Shown here piece after piece: positions 29,001 to 37,584 of a stretch of 64,000 nt of DNA (the stretch's first letter is position 1; each line of letters starts with the position of its first letter). The DNA lies in assembly GCA_964018265.1 (NCBI GenBank), contig CAXHOY010000008.1, positions 9,605-73,604 of the forward strand, given 5' to 3'. Made by a program: the position numbers and the translations under genes. The notes under the pieces were generated by a model. That model was not told where the DNA came from and made no database searches. It saw only the letters and a program-made list of their open reading frames with translations. Source of the DNA: an uncultured Muribaculaceae bacterium. Lineage in GTDB: Bacteria; Bacteroidota; Bacteroidia; Bacteroidales; Muribaculaceae.

Positions 29001-30139
29001 GGTCTATTGTTTAAGCGTTTCAGCCAGAAATCAAGATAGAGCTTTGCCACGGTCGTGCAGTCGTTGTGTTTTTCGACAAATTCTCTCGACCGTAGTCCCC
29101 GCGGTGCAATCTCTGAGGGCGACAGCACTATCTTTTCTATGGTTTCAGTCAGGGCGTCGATAGTCAGAGGTGCATTGATTATCGGGCGGTTGTCATGCTC
29201 ACCGATGAAGTCATAATAGTCGTTTTCAGCTCCTGAGACCACGTTCAGTCCATAAGCCATCGCCATCAGGGCTGTTGTTGCCGGAGTGTAGCTGTAGATC
29301 TGGTCAAGCACTACGTGTGCGCTTTTTAGCAAGGTGATAAATTCGTCGAACGGGCGGTTTTCGACAATGACGAGCTCGGCTTTGTCGGGATATCGCCTGA
29401 CAACTTCAGACGCGGCATGCTCGAGGAGGTCAGAGCCTTTGAGCAACATGCGTGAGCGGTCGCGGCCAAGAAATAGCTTGACGCGGTCAATGCGTTCAGG
29501 CAGTCTTACAGGATCAAATTTGTCAAGGTCGACGGGTATGCCTGCATATGCTATGCGTTCGTGTGGCAAGATGTTGCGCAGACCGTGATAATATTCATAG
29601 AGCACGGCCACAGCGCCATCAATATGGTTGTAGAAATATTCCTGATAGTTCTTGAGGTCGTGACTGTGCCATGAGTCCCACTCTTTTCGCCCGGCCTCGG
29701 TTTGCAGCAGCCGTGACGCTTTACCGTCGATAAACCATTCGCTGTAGCGTATCGGACTATCTGGAGCTGATAGCATGTCGAGAAACGGCAGGTCGGTGCT
29801 CATGGCGTTGAGAAACACTGAGCCATTATCGTGCCGGAGACGGTCAAATACATTCCTGACAAGGGATGGCCGCAACGATATGAAGTTAGGGTCGTGGACA
29901 GAGACGATGTCATAGCCTCTGAGATGTCTGCGCATGCTTGTGGCAAGACGCAGGTAAAGCCCAAGACCACCAAGACGTCCGGGGCGGCGTTGCAGGTCTA
30001 TGTCGCGACCGCATTGCTGCCATCCTGAACCATTGGAGACGAGTGTCACGTCGCAGCCCAACCGCCGCAATCCGGTGGCGAGACTGTGTTGACAGTTGCT
30101 GTAGTCGCCTAAGAGTAATATTTTAGGTGAGTCGCTCAT
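28994..30139 (-). CDS. GT-B (family 4-like) glycosyltransferase
   Basis: KILLLGDYSNCQHSLATGL, AHVVLDQIYSYTPATTALMAMAYG, SREFVEKH. Confidence 0.82.
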   Translation of the reverse strand: MSDSPKILLLGDYSNCQHSLATGLRRLGCDVTLVSNGSGWQQCGRDIDLQRRPGRLGGLGLYLRLATSMRRHLRGYDIVSVHDPNFISLRPSLVRNVFDRLRHDNGSVFLNAMSTDLPFLDMLSAPDSPIRYSEWFIDGKASRLLQTEAGRKEWDSWHSHDLKNYQEYFYNHIDGAVAVLYEYYHGLRNILPHERIAYAGIPVDLDKFDPVRLPERIDRVKLFLGRDRSRMLLKGSDLLEHAASEVVRRYPDKAELVIVENRPFDEFITLLKSAHVVLDQIYSYTPATTALMAMAYGLNVVSGAENDYYDFIGEHDNRPIINAPLTIDALTETIEKIVLSPSEIAPRGLRSREFVEKHNDCTTVAKLYLDFWLKRLNNRPC

Positions 30140-30147
30140 CTGTCTTA

Positions 30148-30353
30148 GAGTGTGTTTGAATTTACCTCGTGTTAAGATTGAGAGTCAATTACGAGTGATT
30201 TTTTCATCGTGAAGAAGGAACGTAGCGAGCTACGTGACTGATGAGCGGTGGGAAAAGCGCCGTAATTGGGCTCAAGATTAATGCGAAACAAATCCAGATG
30301 ATTTTAAATTCTACAATATAGTATCTTTTTGTGTGTTAAATTTAAACACACTC
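30148..30353. mobile_element. 206-bp MITE with 17-bp TIRs and TTA target-site duplication (IS5-family-like ends)
   Basis: Left GAGTGTGTTTGAATTTA (30148-30164) vs right TAAATTTAAACACACTC (30337-30353), 16/17 complementary; TTA on both sides (30145-30147, 30354-30356); no ORF; long internal hairpin. Confidence 0.8.
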
Positions 30354-30441
30354 TTAATAACGGATTTTAAGGCCGGTTTAGTGTGGTAGTCTCCCGTCAA
30401 GTTGACACTCGCGTTTTTTTATCGGATACATTGACGTGTCA

Positions 30442-30496
30442 GGCAATGTCAAACCTTAAATAAATTTGACATTGCCCATATATAATCGTACTTTTG
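30442..30496 (+). promoter_or_regulatory. Palindromic repeat overlapping a -33/-7 promoter
   Basis: GGCAATGTCAAA / TTTGACATTGCC perfect 12-bp IR; its TTTG (30465-30468) lies 20 nt before TACTTTTG (30489-30496). Confidence 0.65.
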
Positions 30497-30500
30497 TGAT

Positions 30501-30827
30501 ATGGAAAGTATTTCAGCATTTTTAGGTCAATATCATGTGCTTGGACTCGCGATCGGGCTATGCACATTTCTTGTGATCGGCTTGTTTCATCCGATCTGTA
30601 TCAAGTGTGAATATTATTTCGGCACAGCTTGCTGGTGGTGGTTTTTGCTGCTGGGCGTGGCGATGTGTGTTGTGTCGTTTTATGTCGATGATGTTTTTTT
30701 GTCTACTCTTTCGGGAGTTGTGGCATTTTCGTCATTCTGGACAATCAAGGAGGTTTTCGAGCAGAAGGAGCGTGTCCGCAAAGGTTGGTTCCCGATGAAC
30801 CCCCGTCGAAAGGATGATTATCGTTGA
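30501..30827 (+). CDS. DUF4491-family small membrane protein
   Basis: GLCTFLVIGLFHPICIKCEYYFG, FWTIKEVFEQKERVRKGWFP. Confidence 0.8.
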   Translation: MESISAFLGQYHVLGLAIGLCTFLVIGLFHPICIKCEYYFGTACWWWFLLLGVAMCVVSFYVDDVFLSTLSGVVAFSSFWTIKEVFEQKERVRKGWFPMNPRRKDDYR

Positions 30828-31043
30828 TTCTCGTCAAGCTATGTTCAACAAAGAGAAAAATGGCATTGCAACCCGCTATGGCCGTTGATAGCCTCAGCCC
30901 GATTGGCTTCTCAATGTAATATGACGCTTTGGTAAAGAGAAAAGTCTGTATTGTTTGTCGGCATGGACTTTCTTTTTCTCTTGCTATATCCAATCTTGTA
31001 ATCAATGGTGCAAATTCTATTTGTTGATGTAAAGGATTTTAAC

Positions 31044-31051
31044 TAAATTTG
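31044..31051 (+). promoter_or_regulatory. -7 promoter element (TAAATTTG) for island lipoprotein
   Basis: Consensus TAnnTTTG upstream of ATG 31077/31107. Confidence 0.55.
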
Positions 31052-31106
31052 CGATTGGATAGAGGCAACTCCGTCCATGACATTTATGCTTTCTGCGAAT
31101 AAGAAT

Positions 31107-31553
31107 ATGAAGACAAGAATTATCGGATTTATACTAATGGTACTTTGCTTAACATCTTGTACCACCAGTCGGACAATTGTTTCTAATTCTGCTGAATTGG
31201 ATAAGTACAAGTACGCGTCGCTAACAGATGTGACAAGTTATAATGGGTCTGCTGCTCTTATGGATATTGAAGTGAAGATTTACGATGCACTATCAGACAC
31301 GAGGCTTGAAATGGTCGGAGATAAGCGTATAATCGACCTATCTCCAATTCAGAAAAGTCAATTATTGCTTGTTCGTTTCTCCGCTTCTCAAAATGATGAA
31401 GAATCAGTGATTAGTGTCAACTTTGTTGACTACATGACTGGTAAACCCATCGCATCATGTAGAGGCGCTTGGGGGCTGGGATGGGATAGAAATGGAGATA
31501 TGAATGGGGCTGTAAATCGAGTAGCTAAACAAATTAAAGAACTTTTTAAATAA
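31107..31553 (+). CDS. Hypothetical lipoprotein in accessory island
   Basis: MKTRIIGFILMVLCLTS-C lipobox (Cys18 from the preferred start 31107); visibly AT-richer than flanking genes. Confidence 0.75.
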   Translation: MKTRIIGFILMVLCLTSCTTSRTIVSNSAELDKYKYASLTDVTSYNGSAALMDIEVKIYDALSDTRLEMVGDKRIIDLSPIQKSQLLLVRFSASQNDEESVISVNFVDYMTGKPIASCRGAWGLGWDRNGDMNGAVNRVAKQIKELFK

Positions 31554-31805
31554 TTGATATGGTGAAAAATACTAATCGTTAGCGCAGGTGTTGTTACTGG
31601 CGTTGTGTTAATGATTTTAATCGCATTGATGGCTTCTAAAGAAAACGCTAGTGAATGGAATAACCATATTTGAAACAGAAGGAGATTGCGTTAGTTGTAA
31701 TTCTTTTGAAGTATTTCCGGATGGCGTAATTTCTGTGCCGTAACTGCGCCACTGCACGGATGGAATGGTTCTCTGACATCGGATTTAACTATTACTACCG
31801 CTTTG

Positions 31806-32099
31806 GTTCAAGCTCTCCGAGCTTGTCAGAGCCTGGTTCGGTGCAGAATCCTCACGCAGGCTAAGTCTCCGACTTATCTCTGCATGAGGCTAATCAGGTG
31901 CATCGTCCTCTGGACGAAGATTTCTCGCGGTATTACATCCTCCGTGTCATCGCATCACCGCAAGCTTCATCTCACCCCTGTGTCATTACATCGTCGGAGA
32001 CGATGCCCCGCGTTAACCTCATGTAGAGATTGGTCGGAGACCAAGCCTACGTGAGGATTTGCGAGATATCTAAACACTACAAGCTCTGAGAGCTTGAAC
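31806..32099. repeat. 294-bp nested imperfect palindrome
   Basis: 21-bp terminal IRs (31806-31826 / 32079-32099, 20/21) enclosing a second arm pair (31843-31917 / 31991-32062) that aligns over about 75 nt. Confidence 0.85.
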
Positions 32100-32221
32100 A
32101 TCATGCGAAATCGCAAATTAGCCCCTCTGATTTTGTTAAAGGCGCCCCGCTACGCGGAGCATGGGTGAAATTGGGTTCTGCGCAGACCCTATGGCTGCGT
32201 CTGCTACGCGAGACTTGCCAT

Positions 32222-32422
32222 AGGCTAACAAAAGCGCCCCGCTATGCGGAGCCAAGCGCTACGCGCATCCTCCATTCAACCTCCTTCTATCGTTGTAATA
32301 ACAAAACCCACCCGACATATTTCGGCTTTTATGGCATTTGTTTAAACCACGACACGCCGACAACTATCCATGCAGGCGCTTTGGCTTCGTCTACTCCGTG
32401 TAGTGTGGTGTCGAAGTTAGCC
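32222..32422. repeat. 201-bp attC-like hairpin element
   Basis: AGGCTAAC / GTTAGCCT ends, 5-nt unpaired spacers (AAAAG / TCGAA), 17-bp G.T-rich stem (32235-32251 / 32393-32409); partial direct copy of the left arm at 32142-32160. Confidence 0.55.
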
Positions 32423-32485
32423 TTTGGCACAAGTTTAATGCCAAATAGGATTATACTACTGATATTTAGTAGAATAACTATATTA

Positions 32486-32520
32486 TCAAGAAAAAGGGCT
32501 TCATAAGCCCTTTTTCTTGA
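32486..32520. terminator. Bidirectional terminator downstream of fadD
   Basis: TCAAGAAAAAGGGCT / AGCCCTTTTTCTTGA perfect 15-bp IR. Confidence 0.85.
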
Positions 32521-32538
32521 TATAGTGGATGTTAAAAA

Positions 32539-34359
32539 TCAGCAATACATTGCTTCGATCTCGTTTGCATATAGACGGTTGATGATCGGGCGCCTTAGTT
32601 TGAGAGTATTGGTCAGTTCGCCTGATTCAATCGTGAATTCTTTTGGCAGGAGAGTGAAGCGCTTGATCTTTTCAAAGCTTGCGAGTCCGTTTTGCATGCG
32701 TTCGATGCGCTCGGCGAGCATGCGTCTGATTTCGCTGTTCTGAATGAGCTCGTCAACGTTGCGGAATGCGATTTTCTTGCGACGGGCATATTCTTTCAAT
32801 GCTTCAAAGGCCGGAATGATGATGGCTGTGACATATTTGCGCTGGTCACCGATGACGGCCACCTGTTCGATATACTTGTCTTCGCCCAATCGGCTTTCGA
32901 TGGCTTGAGGGGCGATATACTTGCCGTTGCTGGTCTTGAAGAGGTCTTTGAGGCGTTCGGTGAGGATCAACGCTCCTTCGTTGTCGAAACGTCCGGCATC
33001 GCCTGTGCGGAACCAACCGTCTGAGGTGAATGCCTCGGCGTTGGCTTCGGGGCGTTTGTAATATCCCCGCATGATTGTCGGCCCTTTGACAAGGATTTCG
33101 TTTTCAGGCCCTATCTTCACTTCGATTTCGGGCAGCACTGTGCCGACTGTGCCGATCTCATAGCCTACAGTCGGGAAGCATGTCACCGTGGCGGTCGTTT
33201 CAGAAAGACCGTAGCCGATGACAATGTTGATGCCACAGGCATGAAGAAATTCGACGATGTTGGCTGACAGAGGAGCACCGGCCGTAGGAAAGAGGTTGCC
33301 GTTCTCGACGCCGATGGCTTTGCGCATGACAGAGAGTATGCGTCGGTCGAAGAAGCGATATTGGCTTTCGATGTGCCAGGGCGCTTTTTTGCCGAGACGG
33401 GCATATTTGAGGTTGCGGATCGCACCGATTTTGAGTGCGCGTGAGACCATGATTTTCTTTATGCCCTTCATGGACGAGATCTTGTCCTGGACGGCAGCAT
33501 AGACTTTTTCCCAGAAACGCGGGACGCTGCACATGCAAGTCGGTCTTACCTGACGCAGGGTGTCCTGGATTTCCTTGGGGTTTGAATTGATGTAGACGTG
33601 CATGCCTTTGTCAAGACAGAAATATGTCCATGCTTTTTCGAATATGTGGCTCAAAGGTAGGAAACACATCGAAGTGTCGGCATCGGTGAGTGTCTCGAGA
33701 CGCTGATGGTGGATGCGCATGGCGGCGTCGAAGCAGCTGTGGGGCAGAATTGCGCCTTTAGGCTCGCCCGTGGTGCCTGATGTGTATATGAGGGTGGCAA
33801 TGTCGTCGGGTGTGGCTTCGGCCGAACGTAAAGTGACAGCATCGCGGCATGCCGGACCTGCGGCTCGTCCGAGTTCGACGAGGGCAGAGAAGCGCATCGT
33901 CATGTTGTCGTTGTCGGCAATCTTGATTGCATCGTCAAAAGTCACGATAGTCTTGATTGTCGGACAATCGCTTATGATGCTGCGGACGATGTCATATTGT
34001 TTTTGATCTCCGACCATAATCATCGACGCTTCGGAGTCGTTGGCGATGAAGCGCACCTGCTCGGGGCTACTGGTCGCATAGAGTGACACCGGAATTGCCC
34101 TGTTGCGGTAGCAGGCAAGATCTGTGATGAGTATTTCGGGACAGTTGGCAGAGAAAATGTTTATCATCGACTGAGGTTCGAGACCCATTGTCTCAAGGCC
34201 GCATGCAACGTCGTTGACAGTTTTGTCAAGTTCTGTCCATGTCATTGAAACCCACTCGCCATGTCCTCGTTTCTGGTAGCTGATTGCTTCGCGTCGGCCG
34301 TAATGGAGAGATTGCCTTGTCGTTAAATCAGTCAGTATATTGTGCATATGTATTGTCAA
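32539..34359 (-). CDS. fadD: Long-chain fatty acid-CoA ligase (AMP-binding)
   Basis: LIYTSGTTGEPKG, FLPLSHIFE, GYGLSET, GWFRTGDAG, ERLKDLFKTSNGKYIAPQ, TNTLKLRR. Confidence 0.92.
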   Translation of the reverse strand: MTIHMHNILTDLTTRQSLHYGRREAISYQKRGHGEWVSMTWTELDKTVNDVACGLETMGLEPQSMINIFSANCPEILITDLACYRNRAIPVSLYATSSPEQVRFIANDSEASMIMVGDQKQYDIVRSIISDCPTIKTIVTFDDAIKIADNDNMTMRFSALVELGRAAGPACRDAVTLRSAEATPDDIATLIYTSGTTGEPKGAILPHSCFDAAMRIHHQRLETLTDADTSMCFLPLSHIFEKAWTYFCLDKGMHVYINSNPKEIQDTLRQVRPTCMCSVPRFWEKVYAAVQDKISSMKGIKKIMVSRALKIGAIRNLKYARLGKKAPWHIESQYRFFDRRILSVMRKAIGVENGNLFPTAGAPLSANIVEFLHACGINIVIGYGLSETTATVTCFPTVGYEIGTVGTVLPEIEVKIGPENEILVKGPTIMRGYYKRPEANAEAFTSDGWFRTGDAGRFDNEGALILTERLKDLFKTSNGKYIAPQAIESRLGEDKYIEQVAVIGDQRKYVTAIIIPAFEALKEYARRKKIAFRNVDELIQNSEIRRMLAERIERMQNGLASFEKIKRFTLLPKEFTIESGELTNTLKLRRPIINRLYANEIEAMYC

Positions 34360-34377
34360 GTTTCAGTTAAAACGCTG

Positions 34378-34385
34378 CAAAGTTA
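34378..34385 (-). promoter_or_regulatory. -7 promoter element for fadD (TAACTTTG)
   Basis: CAAAGTTA on the + strand, just upstream of the fadD start. Confidence 0.6.
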
Positions 34386-34488
34386 CATCCTTTATCTGTT
34401 TTATAACAATTATGAGGGTGTAATTTGCCCTGCTGTTAACAAACATTTCTAAGTTGCACAAAGATTGTAAACGTTTGTTAAATCGCGT

Positions 34489-34517
34489 CTATGCGATAAC
34501 AAAATATTGTCGCATAG
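34489..34517 (-). terminator. Hairpin downstream of lptD
   Basis: CTATGCGATA / TGTCGCATAG stem. Confidence 0.55.
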
Positions 34518-34557
34518 GCTGGTATGTTTCGAATCGTAAGGAAATTGAAGCCTGATG

Positions 34558-37371
34558 TCAGTACCAGGTCACACCGTTAGATCGCGAAGAGCGTTTGTCA
34601 TATTTCAGGTCGCTCAGGAGCGATGATTTCACTGAAATGTGGAAATTGTAGCTCTTGTATGGTCCGACAGGCACAAAACTTGCACTCATCGTGAAGCAAT
34701 GGAGGTCGCGGCTTATGTTGCAGTTCATGTATGCCAGTTTGTGGGTGTCGAAGTTGTATGACGCCGAGAATGAGAAGTTCCAGTTTTTTGTCGGTTGCAG
34801 ATTGCCCGAGAAACTCAGGTTCTGGGTGATTCGACCGTCATATTCAAGTTTCTGCTTGTTAAACGCTCCATATGAATAGCCGATCGAGTAGTTGACCGAC
34901 AGGCTCCACGGCACATTCCAGTGCATATAGCCGTCGGAGTCGAACTCGGATGTTCCGCCTGTGTTGTCGTTGGAGTTTCGGCTGTCACGGACTGCGGCGT
35001 TCGGATCATCGGCGTCGGGATTGTCAGATGAAGACCTGTTATTGTTGTTGTTTGACTTCTTGCGTTTGAATGTGTCGTTGTTGAAGGTATATGAGAATGA
35101 GGTTCCGGTCGAACGCAGTCTGCCAAGACCTTTGCCGGCCTTCCATCTCGGGATGTTGACACGGACGGGATTCCCGTATTCATTAAGTTTATAGGTATAT
35201 ACGTCCCAGACGGCCGACAGATTGAGATTGAAGCCTTTGGTCAGACGCAGAAGTATCGAGGTGTTGATGTCGCTCCAGTTCATAGAGTCGGCCGCAAAGT
35301 TGTAGCTTTGTGAAAGCGAGAGGTTTTCTATGAGTGATATTTTTTTCTCGCCTATCGAGTCGTTGTCGCTTTTCACTTTCATCTCGAGATTGTTTGACAG
35401 CGAGAAACTCAGCGAACCGTTCATGCCTTCGCCGGGGACTCCGTAGAGGGCGTTGGGGAAGTAGCTGTAACGTCTGACAAGCGACTCTCCGTTGGCACCG
35501 GTATATTGATACTGGCCGTAGTAGCCGAAAAATGATGAACCGAAGTCAGGAGAGTAGTTGAACGACAGCGAAGGTGTCATTACATGACGTATCATTTTGA
35601 CTTTCTTTCCGAAAATGCCTATCGGCTGGAAGAAACCATAGACTTTGGTGTCAAGGGCGACGGAGGCCGAGAAGTCGTATACGTTGTAGAAGTTATAGTT
35701 TGTGTCGCAGACCTCGGTGTTGAGTATCGGATCCCAATGACGGCGCACTTTGCTTGAATACATGCGGTCGGTCAGGCGTACGGACGGGGTGATGTTGAAG
35801 TTGCGGAGCACGTTGAATGTCGCCGAGATTGGTATTTCGTGGCGGAATGCGTTGCGCCAGTCCTTGATCAGGCTCTTCTTGAAGAAGACATCCTGTTGTG
35901 CTGTCAGCGAGTTCTGGAACTGGCCTGAATATGACATCTTTATTTTTTCATACCATTTCTCGTCGCCGACACGTTTCTTGCGCTTGAAGGGGTAGGTCTG
36001 CGACATGCTGACTGTAAGGTTGGGAAACGATACGGCCAGAGTGGAGTCCTGTGTGCGCTGCGACACATTGAGTGTGGTGGAGAATGACCATTTTGAGTTC
36101 GGTATGCGATAGGTCAGGTTGATGGTCGAACTCTTGGTGTTTTCGGTGAATGAAGGCGAATAATATGAATTGAGGTCGTTGCGCGAGTAACCGCTGGTGG
36201 TGAAGTTGACGCTCGCCGAGAGGTTCATGTTGGGGTTTGCCTTGGCGTCCTGAGTGTGGCTCCACACGACCTGAAAGTTTGTCTGGGTCGAATAATCGGG
36301 ATCGCCTTTTTCGCCCATTATGGTCTTGAGGTAGTTGATGTGGAAGTTGCCGGAATATTTATATCGCTTGACATAATTGGATTGAGCCTGCAGTCCCCAT
36401 GATCCTTTTGTGTAGATTTCTCCGGTGATTGCCGCGTCGATGTTGTCGTTGATGGCGAAATAGTAACCTCCGTTGCTGAGATAGAACCCGCGGTTGTAGT
36501 CGTCACCGAAGGTCGGGATAATGACGCCTGACGAATAGCTGTCGGTGAACGGGAAATAGCCGAACGGCACAGCGAGAGGCAGCGGCAGGCCTGCGAGCAC
36601 CATGTAGGCCGGGCCGGTGACTATGTTTTTGCCGGGATTGACTTTGGCTTTTGTCAACTGGAAGCCGAAGTGGGGATGGTCGTGGTCATCGCAGGTCGAA
36701 TAAAAGCCATCCTGAATGTAGAATTCCTTACCTTCGGTCTTTTTAGTTGTGCCGCCGGTGAGGTAGCCTTCGCCCTGCTGAGTCACGACATTTGTGATGA
36801 AGCCTTTGCCAGACTGCATGTTGTAACGCATTGTGGCGGCTTCATATTGCTGTCCGTTATCGGTGAACACCGGACGCCCTGTCACTTCTCCCAAAGAGTC
36901 TTCGCGTCCGATGGCAAAGACAGTGTTGTCAGAAAGATCCATCTCTATCTGCTCTGCTTCGAGCTGAATGGTGCCATAGGTCACTGAACTCTCTCCGTAC
37001 ATAAATGCAGAGTCGCGTCTTATGATGAGCATAGAGTCTGTCGCGGAGAATTGTACGGCAGTCTCGAGGTCGACTTTATCGCGCACGATGCGGCTGCGTG
37101 GTGTTGTTGCTGTCTGGGCGGAGTCGGTGCGAAATGAAGTGCTGTCGGCTTTCAGGTCAAGGCTGTCTGATGTCAGAACTGAATCTTTGAGATTTGTCTT
37201 GATCGCAGGCAGAGGGACTGTTACGCTTGAGTCCTTATCGTGAGCATTGCCGGCCTGACTGAACTCAGCAGCGACGGGTGTGACATCAGTCTCATCGTCT
37301 TGTCGGCTCAGCGCCAGACAAAGCGATGGTAGAAACATCAGGACGAGGATATATATAAGAGACGTTCTCAA
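34558..37371 (-). CDS. lptD: Putative LPS-assembly outer membrane protein LptD (Bacteroidetes type)
   Basis: Signal peptide, OstA-like beta-jellyroll (YSTCDDHDHPHFGF, PLPLAVPFGYFP), large beta-barrel, DLHCFTMSASFVP, C-terminal aromatic WY. Confidence 0.85.
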   Translation of the reverse strand: MRTSLIYILVLMFLPSLCLALSRQDDETDVTPVAAEFSQAGNAHDKDSSVTVPLPAIKTNLKDSVLTSDSLDLKADSTSFRTDSAQTATTPRSRIVRDKVDLETAVQFSATDSMLIIRRDSAFMYGESSVTYGTIQLEAEQIEMDLSDNTVFAIGREDSLGEVTGRPVFTDNGQQYEAATMRYNMQSGKGFITNVVTQQGEGYLTGGTTKKTEGKEFYIQDGFYSTCDDHDHPHFGFQLTKAKVNPGKNIVTGPAYMVLAGLPLPLAVPFGYFPFTDSYSSGVIIPTFGDDYNRGFYLSNGGYYFAINDNIDAAITGEIYTKGSWGLQAQSNYVKRYKYSGNFHINYLKTIMGEKGDPDYSTQTNFQVVWSHTQDAKANPNMNLSASVNFTTSGYSRNDLNSYYSPSFTENTKSSTINLTYRIPNSKWSFSTTLNVSQRTQDSTLAVSFPNLTVSMSQTYPFKRKKRVGDEKWYEKIKMSYSGQFQNSLTAQQDVFFKKSLIKDWRNAFRHEIPISATFNVLRNFNITPSVRLTDRMYSSKVRRHWDPILNTEVCDTNYNFYNVYDFSASVALDTKVYGFFQPIGIFGKKVKMIRHVMTPSLSFNYSPDFGSSFFGYYGQYQYTGANGESLVRRYSYFPNALYGVPGEGMNGSLSFSLSNNLEMKVKSDNDSIGEKKISLIENLSLSQSYNFAADSMNWSDINTSILLRLTKGFNLNLSAVWDVYTYKLNEYGNPVRVNIPRWKAGKGLGRLRSTGTSFSYTFNNDTFKRKKSNNNNNRSSSDNPDADDPNAAVRDSRNSNDNTGGTSEFDSDGYMHWNVPWSLSVNYSIGYSYGAFNKQKLEYDGRITQNLSFSGNLQPTKNWNFSFSASYNFDTHKLAYMNCNISRDLHCFTMSASFVPVGPYKSYNFHISVKSSLLSDLKYDKRSSRSNGVTWY

Positions 37372-37406
37372 CGTATTGGTTCGGTGTCTTAATGCCTATA
37401 AGCGCA

Positions 37407-37414
37407 CAAAGTTA
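37407..37414 (-). promoter_or_regulatory. -7 promoter element for lptD (TAACTTTG)
   Basis: CAAAGTTA on the + strand, 36 bp upstream of the ORF start. Confidence 0.6.
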
Positions 37415-37515
37415 ATTAAAATCCCGATTATATCAGCTATGCGCCGCGTTTTTTAACTGTCAGTCACATTCAGAAAACACGTAAGTGATGAAAGTGAGCA
37501 GCAGGCGTCTGTCAG

Positions 37516-37556
37516 AAAACGCAGACGGCCTGACTCGGAGAGGCAGACCGTCTGTG
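37516..37556 (-). terminator. Terminator after ferredoxin
   Basis: GCAGACGG / CCGTCTGT stem with an adjacent A-run. Confidence 0.55.
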
Positions 37557-37584
37557 TTGGTTTTCTATATTTGCTGAAACCGGA

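Noticed and set aside
31803-32506. ORF-track ORFs 31803-32054 and 32165-32506 as genes
   Set aside because: No promoter or recognisable domain, and Arg/Ser/Cys-rich composition typical of translated palindromic DNA
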